IMG/VR virus record: IMGVR_UViG_3300037454_000078
Location: 1-64,000 of that record
DNA: 64,000 bases
Direction: 5' to 3' (one strand)
Source: a virus
Taxonomy: Duplodnaviria > Caudoviricetes
Below the pieces are notes generated by a model. That model was not told the origin of the DNA. It was given only the letters and a program-made list of their open reading frames with translations, and searched no databases. Shown here one piece after another: positions 18,801 to 27,037 of this stretch; the first letter of the stretch is position 1; every line of letters starts with the position of its first letter. A program made the position numbers and the translations under genes.

Positions 18801-21800
18801 CGTTGAAGAGATACAAAAAAACGGTTTTGACAGAGGAATAGAAAAAGCTTTCGGTTTTGCAGAAAGCATTCAAAAAGTCACAAGCAAACTGAGCGACCTG
18901 AACGACAAGCTTCAAATAACTCAAGATGAAATGCTGGGAGGGCTGTTTGGTGAAGGTGTCGTTGAGGATATTGAGGATTACAACGAAAGGTTAAAATACG
19001 AAGCCGAACTTGCAGAATGGGCTGCAAACAAGAATAGCGGATTCTGGGAAAACGCTGTAATGGGACTTAAAGGTCTGTTCCATTCTGTAAAAGAAGACCT
19101 TGGAAGTTCAAAGGAAGAAGCAGAGAAAGAAATAAAGAAGTTTGCTGAAGACGCTGCACAGGTCATTAAAGACGAACTTGGAGAGGAGGGCTTGAAAGAC
19201 AAAATTCAAGTAAATGAAGCCATTGCTCGCGTTCTTCAGGGGTTCGAACAGATGTATCCTCAGATACGTGGGAAGGGGAAAGTCTTGTTTGAGACACTGT
19301 TCAACGAAACGATGGCAAAAGAGTTTGAGGGTTCTGTAGACAAACAAGCATATTATTATGAGAAATTCTTGGAGCAACTCAAGAAAGACCACGGAAGTGC
19401 TTTTAATGAAGTTACTGACGAAATACTCAAAGACACGCACAAGTGGTCTTCCTCGCAATTGGACGCCATACAGAAAACTGCAGATAAAGTCAGAAAAGAC
19501 CTTCCAGAAGCTTCGCAAGATGCAATTGACAAAATCCTAAGACAACTCAATTCTACAGAGTTCAAAGTTCGAATTGTCGCAGAGATGGCCACAACTTCCG
19601 TTGATGAAGTACAAAGACAATTCAACGAGAAATTCATTAAGAAGCCTGGGATTGAAGACCAGAAAGAAAGAGAGAAGGCTGAGGCTGAGGCTGCTCAGAA
19701 ATACGGTACTCTTAGGCGTAAATCAACAGAGAGCAATGTCGAGTACGAAAAGCGAATCAGCGACGAACGAAATAAACAGTTTGAGTTGTCTCAAAAGAAC
19801 GCAGATATTATATCTGCAAACAAAAGCAAACAAGACGAATACTCAAAGGCAGTAGTAAAAGACGCTGAAAACGCAAAGGCTGCAGCAGACGCGTGGCTGA
19901 AAGCTGCTGACGAAGTCGAAAAGGCTGGTGGATATGACTTCAGTACAAAGAGCGAGCGTTCTGCTGCGTCGAAAGCTCAGAAAGCTGCAGAGTCAGAGCT
20001 TCAGAAAGCGTTGAAGGAAGAGATAAAGCTTATTGACGAAGCGACGAACATGTATAAGAAGATGACGGATTCTGGAATCAACAGGACAACCGCACTCACT
20101 TACATCACCAACAAGTTCGGAGACTCAATCGAGCATATCAACAGTGTTCTTGGTAAGAACAATATACCAAAGTTCGACATAAGAAGGTTTGCTGGAACAG
20201 ATGACCCGCATAAGCTCCTTCAGATGCTTGAGGAGCAGAGAGCTGCTGCAAAACTGTCAAGGAACGTAAAGCCAGAAGAAATCAGCGAACTGCAGATAAA
20301 ATACGACAAGGTTGATGTTGATGCAAAAGTCTTTGATGCTACAAAGATTACAAAAGGCTTGAACAACGAGCTCGGACACCTGAAGGACGAGTACGAGCTT
20401 GCTGTGGAGCTTGACGCCAATCCAGAGTTCGGCAATATGTTCGCAGAAATGTTCGACCTCGACTTGGACACAATGCCAAAAACGGCCAAAGAGTACGCTG
20501 ACGCATACACCAAGCAACTTAACAAGTATTTCCAAGACCAAAAGACGGACATCAGGCTTCCGAATCTCCTGAACGTGACGAAGGACGACATGGAAGAGTT
20601 CAGGAAGCAGATGGAAGAAGGAAAACTTGAGATGGTATATTACGACCTTATAAAAGAAGCGTACAAAGAGACTCAGGCAGCCAGAAAGAAGGAGACGACG
20701 GACACAATCAACGAATGGAACAAGCTTGTTGAGAAATACGGTGAGTTCGAAGCCAAAATCACAAAGATAAACAACGACGCTGAAAAGGAACGGAAGATTG
20801 CGACCTTGATGAACGCTCCGAAAAGTCTTTTTGAGGCTATCGACTTAAAGCAAAGACAGCTTACGGCGAAAGCCGCGTTCGAGAGGTTCCAAGGCTCTTC
20901 TGAGTGGATTGTAGCCACTGGTGACTTGACTGGTATGACAAAGGAGGCAATAGGCAGTCTGATAGACAGCATAGAAGAGTACAAGAAGAAAGCCAAATAC
21001 CTAGACCCGAAGCAGATTAAGCAGATTAACAACGCCCTGAAAGCATTGCATAAGGAGCAGAGGAAAAACAACCCGTTCAAGTCTCTCTCAAACGCAATGG
21101 ATGAAGCAAAGGACAAGGCCGAAGTGTTCCAAGAAGAGATAGACAGTGAGCAGGAGAAGCTGAACAAACTCAGCTCGGAAATGATTCAAAGCGGTCAGGT
21201 GACAGAAGAGACAACAGGGAAAATAGGAACAATAATAGAAAGGATAAAAGAACTCAAAAAAGCACAAGAAGAAGTTCTGGAAGTAGACATAAACACCATA
21301 ATAGAAGGTCTTAAATCCGTCATGTCCACAGTAAAGCAGGCCACTGGACTGTTTACGGACATGTTTGGTGCTATCGGAGGAGATGAAGTCAAGAAAGATA
21401 TAGAGGATATGTTCTCTGTTGTAGACAATACTTTGAAAGGACTTGAGATTGGTGCGGCAATAGGCGGCAAATGGGGTGCTGTCATTGGCGGTATTGTCGG
21501 AATGCTTACGAGTGTCGTTTCAAAAATAGGAGACATCATCAGCGGAAACGAAGGCATTAACAGTTCGATTGAGGTCTCTGAAAGAAGAGTAAGGGGTCTT
21601 GAACTCGCGTATGTCGATTTGCAGCGCGCCGTAGACGATGCCTACGGCTCTGCCGTCATCGGTGCAAAGAAGGCGACTGTATACAACAAAGAACTGCAAC
21701 TTGCGGAACTGAAACGGCAGTTGGCGCTTGAACAGTCGAGAAAGAGCAAGAACATTGACCAAGACAGGATTGTAGAACTGCGGAAACAGATTCGTGAACT

Positions 21801-22686
21801 GGAATACGACATCATCGACTCGATAAAAGAAATAACGAACTCAATGCTTGGCATATCAAGCGTTGGAGACGCTGCGGAGGCGCTTGTGTCGAACATGATA
21901 GAGTCCTTCAGGAAAGGCGAGGACTATATGCTCAGTCTCAAGGATTCGTATGACGACATGATAGACAACATGATTATGAAGAGCATCGTCGCAAACGTAA
22001 TCGGCAAAAAAATAGATGAGTTGTTCGCGAAGGTCTCTGAGGCCGCTTCACAGAGAGCCAGTGCAGAAGAGGCAAGATACGAGGAAGCCGTGAAGAAATA
22101 CAGCGATGCCATGAGTCGAATCACGAACCCAGACTGGTGGGAATACTACAGTTTCGACCCTTATGGGGAAAACGTGGAAAGACAAGAACAGTCAAAGATT
22201 TCGTTTGAAGAGTGGCAGGACTTGTGGGAGAAGAGAATAGAGTATCTGAGAAAGCAGTACGAAGAAGCCGCAACGCCGACACCTGACGACGTGAAGGCGA
22301 TTGAAGAGATGCGTGATGGGTGGTACGGAGGAATAAAAGAAGAGTTCGAGGCGTGGATGAACGCATTCGGAATAAAATACGGGCAGGACGCTACGAACCA
22401 GCTCTCGGCATTGCAGCAAGGCATATCTGGAATCACAGAGACTCAGGCAGGCGCATTGGAAGCCTACTGGAATGCGAACACGCAGCAGCAGTACGTGCAT
22501 AGCGATTTGCTCACGCAGATAAGAGACGCCGTACAGTCGTTCGACATGGACTTACAGCTTGGCGTCTTCTCTCAGATGCTTCTGCAATTGCAGACGAACT
22601 ATACGGTCATGATGTCGATGCATTCCATGATGGAGGGATGGACTGTGGCTAGCGGACAAGGCATACGTGTCGAACTTATAAGTTAG
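15826..22686 (+). CDS. Tail tape measure protein, 2286 aa
   Basis: Long helical protein with a tape-measure domain (SAERGTQIFKEL..MALVSPYTLIELSNAAKQLTAY...LTYALGQIKAYGYLNSRDARMFANAGIP) and hydrophobic segments. Confidence 0.92.
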   Translation: MANNPTIVAASLSDEALKTSIKNLVSEVDTAVNNMAKNFNEKVGSMEQAIKNFANMKFDSGSSSGNGIKKSVDDQKNLEEQTKKTTQAVKEQGYTYDQLAEYMKNAATQAEKRFAVTDIQQLRMRQHEIVAELGKLEGTKLSGAIREFNELKEKSEEVKRRIAELQSLMSQFRTNEQKSAARQEIENLRTQLMLLNGEMSRIQPTGNAEQRINSLRLEYEQINRRISQMGQELIDAEQKELGLANASRQETNELDKQLQKIKELNSAKEAKAMFVDIAAMPIDTLEQAREKIEAIRALMQKVENTPLMGKADFEKLRNQFYATNEAIRQFGLKASESAEKENSAAKQTVKSEKERQEEIQKTGQAAQDTAKKIISSLHSQASDAKNTNPLGIISDEVGRSVNQINQLKESIEQMSRAYWEMSSAERESPVGIALKHDIKIARDAIAVVDDYNRRLLMGATDNNSKIISNESTLKGLRTTLSQLTAQYENLKVAEINAGKGDQIIQHYQDVNRAAQILQRTLNRPINLQAALAGDERTLDDIAYKMQRLQAYRQGIDLTKPGAENEIKQVDDKLKELQRDADKWISKSKEIENRNNALGRSWNYMKNRLAFYFTVGASTAFIKNLIEIRSQYEMNERALGILINSAERGTQIFKELSDMALVSPYTLIELSNAAKQLTAYDIAAKNVVDTTRRLADMASAVGVPMERLTYALGQIKAYGYLNSRDARMFANAGIPLVRELSKYYTELEGKIVSVGDVYDRMKKKSIDYNDVMAVVTKMTDEGGKFFDFQAKMADTLKVRLANLTLAWNNMLNEIGASEQGVLTTGIGMLKDFFLHWKDIEEIIRKVVYAFGLFKAAQMITLAFMGELNTAMGMQVLLGTKLQTKLAALTSSTKALSVGLSAFGMAFWAILADAYVTYSRNAEEIERLNKTIADGAKEASEALDKMLHSSEMVSSRMSAMQGKLSATDAAKTWEALREQIELSAISSKSVVAEIVEEIQKNGFDRGIEKAFGFAESIQKVTSKLSDLNDKLQITQDEMLGGLFGEGVVEDIEDYNERLKYEAELAEWAANKNSGFWENAVMGLKGLFHSVKEDLGSSKEEAEKEIKKFAEDAAQVIKDELGEEGLKDKIQVNEAIARVLQGFEQMYPQIRGKGKVLFETLFNETMAKEFEGSVDKQAYYYEKFLEQLKKDHGSAFNEVTDEILKDTHKWSSSQLDAIQKTADKVRKDLPEASQDAIDKILRQLNSTEFKVRIVAEMATTSVDEVQRQFNEKFIKKPGIEDQKEREKAEAEAAQKYGTLRRKSTESNVEYEKRISDERNKQFELSQKNADIISANKSKQDEYSKAVVKDAENAKAAADAWLKAADEVEKAGGYDFSTKSERSAASKAQKAAESELQKALKEEIKLIDEATNMYKKMTDSGINRTTALTYITNKFGDSIEHINSVLGKNNIPKFDIRRFAGTDDPHKLLQMLEEQRAAAKLSRNVKPEEISELQIKYDKVDVDAKVFDATKITKGLNNELGHLKDEYELAVELDANPEFGNMFAEMFDLDLDTMPKTAKEYADAYTKQLNKYFQDQKTDIRLPNLLNVTKDDMEEFRKQMEEGKLEMVYYDLIKEAYKETQAARKKETTDTINEWNKLVEKYGEFEAKITKINNDAEKERKIATLMNAPKSLFEAIDLKQRQLTAKAAFERFQGSSEWIVATGDLTGMTKEAIGSLIDSIEEYKKKAKYLDPKQIKQINNALKALHKEQRKNNPFKSLSNAMDEAKDKAEVFQEEIDSEQEKLNKLSSEMIQSGQVTEETTGKIGTIIERIKELKKAQEEVLEVDINTIIEGLKSVMSTVKQATGLFTDMFGAIGGDEVKKDIEDMFSVVDNTLKGLEIGAAIGGKWGAVIGGIVGMLTSVVSKIGDIISGNEGINSSIEVSERRVRGLELAYVDLQRAVDDAYGSAVIGAKKATVYNKELQLAELKRQLALEQSRKSKNIDQDRIVELRKQIRELEYDIIDSIKEITNSMLGISSVGDAAEALVSNMIESFRKGEDYMLSLKDSYDDMIDNMIMKSIVANVIGKKIDELFAKVSEAASQRASAEEARYEEAVKKYSDAMSRITNPDWWEYYSFDPYGENVERQEQSKISFEEWQDLWEKRIEYLRKQYEEAATPTPDDVKAIEEMRDGWYGGIKEEFEAWMNAFGIKYGQDATNQLSALQQGISGITETQAGALEAYWNANTQQQYVHSDLLTQIRDAVQSFDMDLQLGVFSQMLLQLQTNYTVMMSMHSMMEGWTVASGQGIRVELIS

Positions 22687-22691
22687 TTGAT

Positions 22692-23279
22692 ATGGACAAG
22701 ATGCAAGAATACTACAAGAGCGCGCTTCTGGAAGACCTTTGTTCAGAGTACAAGGGTCTGTGGCAGGCTGCGATGAACGACAAGGAAAGCCTGCTGAAGC
22801 TGTCATTGTGCCAGCAGGCGATTCCACACGTCGTGACGTTCGCGTACGAGGGAAAGGGGCTTACGAGGGAATATGTGAAGGAGAACTTCCGTGAGTACAT
22901 AAACGGACACACGGTCATGGACGCTGACGGGGTAGATGGTTTCACTTATGGATTGTACGCCGACTATGACTACGACAACGCCCTTGTTCTTGACAAGGAC
23001 GTGTGCTCTGTCATGTGGACACACTGCGACAGCGTATTCGTACCAAAGACGAAGGCTGTCACTCTGTACGTGAGCAACAGAAGCGACATAAGCATCGTCT
23101 GCGACGGGTACAACTCACTCAGAATCTATCTCTTCGACGAATCGAAGGTGACGTTGGAAGACGTGGACGACGACAGCACGGTGACTGTGTACAACTACGG
23201 GAAATGCTCTGTCGTAGAGAGAGGGAAGTACTGCCTGTCTGGGCACATACAAGAATTCAGGAAACAATTAAGACTTTAG
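22692..23279 (+). CDS. Hypothetical protein of the tail module
   Basis: 195 aa, coupled to the tape measure gene; C-terminal repetitive beta segments. Confidence 0.6.
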   Translation: MDKMQEYYKSALLEDLCSEYKGLWQAAMNDKESLLKLSLCQQAIPHVVTFAYEGKGLTREYVKENFREYINGHTVMDADGVDGFTYGLYADYDYDNALVLDKDVCSVMWTHCDSVFVPKTKAVTLYVSNRSDISIVCDGYNSLRIYLFDESKVTLEDVDDDSTVTVYNYGKCSVVERGKYCLSGHIQEFRKQLRL

Positions 23280-23283
23280 AAAT

Positions 23284-23760
23284 ATGGCAAACGAATTAAA
23301 GGGTAAATATTACACGAAGAACACGTTGTCTGGTTCGTATCAGGACTTCGCAACGAAGTTCGACGGTCTTCGTGTCTTGGCGATAAGCGGTCTCGACAGC
23401 AAAGGGAAGGCTCTGAACGTGTACGTCGCGCAGTGGATGAACTCTCAGACTGAGGATTTCATGATTACGACGAACAACGGTGTGATAGTAAGGGAGAACG
23501 TGGACGTGCAGGTCGTGTTCGCTATAAGCAGACGCTACGCAAGCACCTCCATCAACGAGCAGACCGTTTACGACACGTTCATCGACTACATGACGAACAC
23601 GGACGTGTGGGTGGCGAGCAGGTATGTCGGGAAGCAAGTCCATTGCGTATCTATGGACAAGTTCGAGCCAGAGAAGATAAAACTGAACAGAGGGAACAAC
23701 TCCTACATATTTGGAAAAGTCACCCTTCATGCTCTTGAGAAGCCTACCGCCTACACCTGA
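23284..23760 (+). CDS. Distal tail (Dit-like) protein, putative
   Basis: 158 aa, last gene of the plus-strand tail operon; called on size and synteny. Confidence 0.5.
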   Translation: MANELKGKYYTKNTLSGSYQDFATKFDGLRVLAISGLDSKGKALNVYVAQWMNSQTEDFMITTNNGVIVRENVDVQVVFAISRRYASTSINEQTVYDTFIDYMTNTDVWVASRYVGKQVHCVSMDKFEPEKIKLNRGNNSYIFGKVTLHALEKPTAYT

Positions 23761-23772
23761 CAGGATATTTGT

Positions 23773-24135
23773 TCAGAAGATTCTCTTCCACCAAGGCTTC
23801 GCTGGCTTCGACAGCTCCGCAGCAAGTCTGTCCGCCTCGCTCTTAAACTCGCCAATCCTGTCGTTGAGGACGAGCACTTGGTCTTTGTACGACTCAATCT
23901 GACCGCGAAGCTGCGCGTTGGTCTTCTCCAGAACGTCGACCTGCTTCAGCAAGGAGTCGCACTCCGCAATCTTCCCTTCGTAGAGATGGTCTCCCTCCAA
24001 GTCGAGCGACTTGTACTTCCTGACCTGCTCCTGCAAGACGGAGATTTGTCCTCTTATGCCAGCGTTCTGTTTGCGCAGGAACTTGACTTCCTCTTCAACA
24101 CTCTCAAAATGGTTTTCTTTCTTTACCTTTTTCAT
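23773..24135 (-). CDS. Coiled-coil protein with C-terminal KPWWKRIF
   Basis: 120 aa heptad-rich ORF, convergent with the tail operon. Confidence 0.6.
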   Translation of the reverse strand: MKKVKKENHFESVEEEVKFLRKQNAGIRGQISVLQEQVRKYKSLDLEGDHLYEGKIAECDSLLKQVDVLEKTNAQLRGQIESYKDQVLVLNDRIGEFKSEADRLAAELSKPAKPWWKRIF

Positions 24136-24163
24136 AAGATTGCAATTTTAAGTTTATGATATT

Positions 24164-24571
24164 TTAAAAGTCTGGTTTGTTGTAAGACTCCAAGTCTGGA
24201 GTACCGCTTGAGTGCAGTTGGGAGTCCTTCTGCATTCTCGCTTCCTGTCTCTGGTACAGCCTTGGAACGCTGAACACGTTCAGTGTCTGTCCGATGACGC
24301 TGTATCCGTCTATGGTCTCTCCGTTCTCTATGGCGTATGGCAGCACTTCCCCCTTAACTTCCACGACCATACCGTTCGAGAAGTGGTTGTTGACGTAGTT
24401 GACCAGTCCCTGCTTGTAGATGACTTTCCATGAGAGATACTTGTCTTCCACGCGAGTCCCGTCTGATTTTCTGTAGCCTTTTCTGTACTCCGACAGGAAG
24501 ACGAAGCATCCGCCGCCGTTGGGGATGAACTTGACTGACTCGATTATGCCTATGATGTTTACACTTGCCAT
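24164..24571 (-). CDS. SSB-like OB-fold protein
   Basis: N-terminal VNIIGII, SEYRKGYRKSDG.RVED, GMVVEVKGEV, acidic C-terminal PDF. Confidence 0.6.
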   Translation of the reverse strand: MASVNIIGIIESVKFIPNGGGCFVFLSEYRKGYRKSDGTRVEDKYLSWKVIYKQGLVNYVNNHFSNGMVVEVKGEVLPYAIENGETIDGYSVIGQTLNVFSVPRLYQRQEARMQKDSQLHSSGTPDLESYNKPDF

Positions 24572-24792
24572 TTCTGTATTCTAATATCCTCTTTACGGGC
24601 TTCTTCTTCAAAAAGACGCTCGTATTCCTCCAATATCGGTTCTATATATTCCCATTCAATCATACATCTTCTCGTCTTTGCCGCTTTTCAGCCTTTCTGA
24701 CGGCTTCCAACGCTCGTTGCGGTATAGTTGTCCACCTCGTGAATTTTCGCCGCCCAGAGAGTCTGTTTTCGGCTTGTCCTCGTTTCTGGTTG

Positions 24793-24824
24793 CAAATATA
24801 GCTCATAATTTGGAATATTCCAAG
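24793..24824 (-). promoter_or_regulatory. Promoter CTTG-N20-TATATTTG with perfect palindrome TTGGAATATTCCAA (24810-24823)
   Basis: Read directly from the sequence. Confidence 0.75.
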
Positions 24825-24838
24825 TTTTTAAATGATTT

Positions 24839-25495
24839 TTAACCAAAAAAGGCCTTGAGAGCTCCAGACACGCTCTCCCCCTTGGCTTCCTTCATCCTCT
24901 TGTACTCCTCGAACGTAACCACTCCCTTGTTCCCCTCTTCGATGCGCCTTACGTTCTCCGTGCGCTCTATTTCCGCGTAGTAGTCTCCGCGTTCAGCCAT
25001 GAACTTGTTCAGTGACTCTGTTATGACGAGGGCATACGAGTCTCCGCCATAGAAGCGCCCGTACTTTCCAGCCATGAAGCGAGAAACGAACAGCAGTATT
25101 TCCTCAACCTTGAGCGTCTTGTACTGTGTGGATATTGTCTGAGCCAACATGTACACCTGTTCTTTCGAGAACTTGTCGTTCGTCACGTTGAGGAATACAA
25201 GCATCGACTGCAGGACGCCGAAGAGCCATGTGGCAGACGAATTCTTCCCGTATGTGACATCTATTCTAACGAGCGTCGGCGATTCGCGCTTGAACACGTC
25301 TATCGGATTCTGCACGATTGAGTTCATGTTGGCATACGAGAATCTGTTGCAGAACCCTCTTATGTCCCCGTACTCATTCCTTATCTCCGCCACCCATGTC
25401 GGCTGGCTCTCCGATGTTGCCAAAGAGCCGTTCCATGAACGAGTCTGCTTCGGCAATAGTTCTCCCAACTTTTTCGGTTGCTGTTTCTCTTCCAT
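24839..25495 (-). CDS. Replication-associated protein (helicase loader/inhibitor-like, Bacteroidota phage type)
   Basis: Overlaps the initiator gene; LKVEEILLFVSRFMAGKYGRFYG motif recalls proteins that follow initiators in Bacteroidales phages. Confidence 0.5.
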   Translation of the reverse strand: MEEKQQPKKLGELLPKQTRSWNGSLATSESQPTWVAEIRNEYGDIRGFCNRFSYANMNSIVQNPIDVFKRESPTLVRIDVTYGKNSSATWLFGVLQSMLVFLNVTNDKFSKEQVYMLAQTISTQYKTLKVEEILLFVSRFMAGKYGRFYGGDSYALVITESLNKFMAERGDYYAEIERTENVRRIEEGNKGVVTFEEYKRMKEAKGESVSGALKAFFG

Positions 25496-26201
25496 AGTTG
25501 TTGTTGTTATTTTTATTCTTAGACCATGTCGTGCAGGCTGCTTTCCAGCTCTTCATAGGATTACGGCCTACTTTCCATCCGTTGCTCTCATAATGTGCAA
25601 AGAAGGCTTCCGCATCGAACGTATAGCCCTTCTCGTTGATGTAAGCCTGTATTTCGTCAACGGTAGGCTTAACAAATCGTTTCTCTTTCTTTATAGAAGA
25701 CACGTTAGTGTCTGATATTTCTTTAATATTATCTTTCTTTTCCTTTCTTCTAGATAGTTGTTCATTTTGTTGTTCATTTTGTTGTTCATCATCAACAGTG
25801 CCACTCATACTTAAATCATTGATTTCCAACGTGTTCTGTTGTTCATTTTGTTGTTCAATTACTAAGTATTTCTTGATGGTTATAATATTAATCAGCTTAC
25901 TCGTTGTCTGTTCGATGATTCCAGACGAAAGAAGTTCTGACAAGAACTTGCGTACAGTATTCCTGCTCCACTGCCACTTTTCTGCGAGGTTTGCTTCTGA
26001 TATAGCAATCTCGTATGGTTTCAGCGTAACCTTGATGCCTCTCACAAAAAATTCGCGCTCCTTATATGCAGCTTGGAAACAAAGGTCTATAAACGCCTGA
26101 GCACGAGTAAACCTCTCTGACGAGAAGAAGTCCTCGTCATAAAGCCCTCTATCCAACTTTATAAAACCCTTATTCAACTTGTAGCAGTCTTTAAAAGCCA
26201 A
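25374..26201 (-). CDS. Phage replication initiator (replisome organizer type), TTG start
   Basis: N-terminal GFIKLDR...winged-helix segment (SEANLAEKWQWSRNTVRKFLSEL), internal EQQNEQQ repeats (iteron-like), C-terminal FVKPTVDEI...FFAHYESNGWKVG..MKSWKAA domain. Confidence 0.8.
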   Translation of the reverse strand: MAFKDCYKLNKGFIKLDRGLYDEDFFSSERFTRAQAFIDLCFQAAYKEREFFVRGIKVTLKPYEIAISEANLAEKWQWSRNTVRKFLSELLSSGIIEQTTSKLINIITIKKYLVIEQQNEQQNTLEINDLSMSGTVDDEQQNEQQNEQLSRRKEKKDNIKEISDTNVSSIKKEKRFVKPTVDEIQAYINEKGYTFDAEAFFAHYESNGWKVGRNPMKSWKAACTTWSKNKNNNNNYGRETATEKVGRTIAEADSFMERLFGNIGEPADMGGGDKE

Positions 26202-26315
26202 ACAAGCGGTTCTACTCTTCAGCTGCTACTCCGAATTTCGAACCGCCTGTTGTGGCAAGTTGTTATAACATTTATGTCTCCATCGCTTTATCACCTATAG
26301 TAGCAGACGGCGTTC
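26197..26315 (-). ncRNA. Structured leader/antisense RNA switch upstream of the initiator gene
   Basis: 8-bp closing stem (26223-26230/26299-26306) encloses a 17-nt segment (26240-26256) complementary to 26197-26212, which spans the TTG start. Confidence 0.65.
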
Positions 26316-26343
26316 AAGCGTGCGATTTCAATGAATCACGGTG

Positions 26344-26375
26344 CAAAGATAGCAATTATCCGCTCATATTCCAAA
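26344..26375 (-). promoter_or_regulatory. Promoter TTTG-N20-TATCTTTG with an operator half-site
   Basis: Minus strand reads TTTGGAATATGAGCG...TATCTTTG. Confidence 0.75.
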
Positions 26376-26395
26376 CATTTTATGCATTTTTATGA

Positions 26396-26737
26396 TTATT
26401 CGTCATTCAAAGCGCGTAGTTCACTTCCCAACATCAAAGCACTAATCTTTGAGTAGATGCCAACTCTTCTAAGAGTCCTGACTCTCTCGAAGTCGCCGTC
26501 CTCGTACGCACGTCTGTACGACTTTCCGAGCACTTTAGGAACGTCTTGTCTGCTGATGCGCTCGTCGTCGCATGCTCGGGAGAGGAGCTCTACCTCCGAC
26601 TCCGTGGCAGAACACTCCCTCCTGTAGTTCATGCGTATCATGTCGTACGTGAAGCTTCCAAGACCGAACTTCCTTGCAATCGGCATCAATCTCAGCAGAT
26701 AGCGTCGGCAGATGCGCTGAAGCGTGTCATTCCTCAT
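26396..26737 (-). CDS. Hypothetical protein
   Basis: 113 aa, co-oriented and coupled ORF. Confidence 0.6.
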   Translation of the reverse strand: MRNDTLQRICRRYLLRLMPIARKFGLGSFTYDMIRMNYRRECSATESEVELLSRACDDERISRQDVPKVLGKSYRRAYEDGDFERVRTLRRVGIYSKISALMLGSELRALNDE

Positions 26738-27017
26738 CTTCTGCTGTCTCGAAGCTTACGTTGTACTTCTCCTTCAGATACCAATAAGGAATGGCATCAA
26801 GTACCAAAGCAACCTTGTACTCAGGCTTGAAGTGCTCCCTGACATTGGAAGGCAAGTCTTTCAGCGTATCCTCGTTCACGCACTCCTTCACGAGCGACAC
26901 GTTCAGCGGATTCAGCGGTACGCACATCTTCAGCCTGCTACCTGTCGCAAACACAATCTCAGCGTCGTCTGGCAATGCAGCGAACACTTCGTTCTCCAAA
27001 AATTCCTTCTTTGTCAT
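26727..27017 (-). CDS. Hypothetical protein
   Basis: Likely start MTKKEFLENE at 27017; coupled ORF. Confidence 0.55.
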   Translation of the reverse strand: MTKKEFLENEVFAALPDDAEIVFATGSRLKMCVPLNPLNVSLVKECVNEDTLKDLPSNVREHFKPEYKVALVLDAIPYWYLKEKYNVSFETAEDEE

Positions 27018-27037
27018 GATTCTCTGTTTTTTATTGG

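Noticed and set aside
6051-23760. Assignment to Crassvirales
   Set aside because: A tape measure, tail tube and frameshifting chaperone indicate a long non-contractile tail, and no large virion RNA polymerase genes are present in the window.
24656-24806. 48-aa ORF MSYICNQKRG...
   Set aside because: Its ATG lies between the -33 and -7 boxes of the promoter, upstream of the predicted transcription start.
26223-26306. A fourth tRNA gene on the minus strand
   Set aside because: It has a closing stem and a TTCGAA loop but no paired T-stem or anticodon arm; reinterpreted as a regulatory leader RNA.
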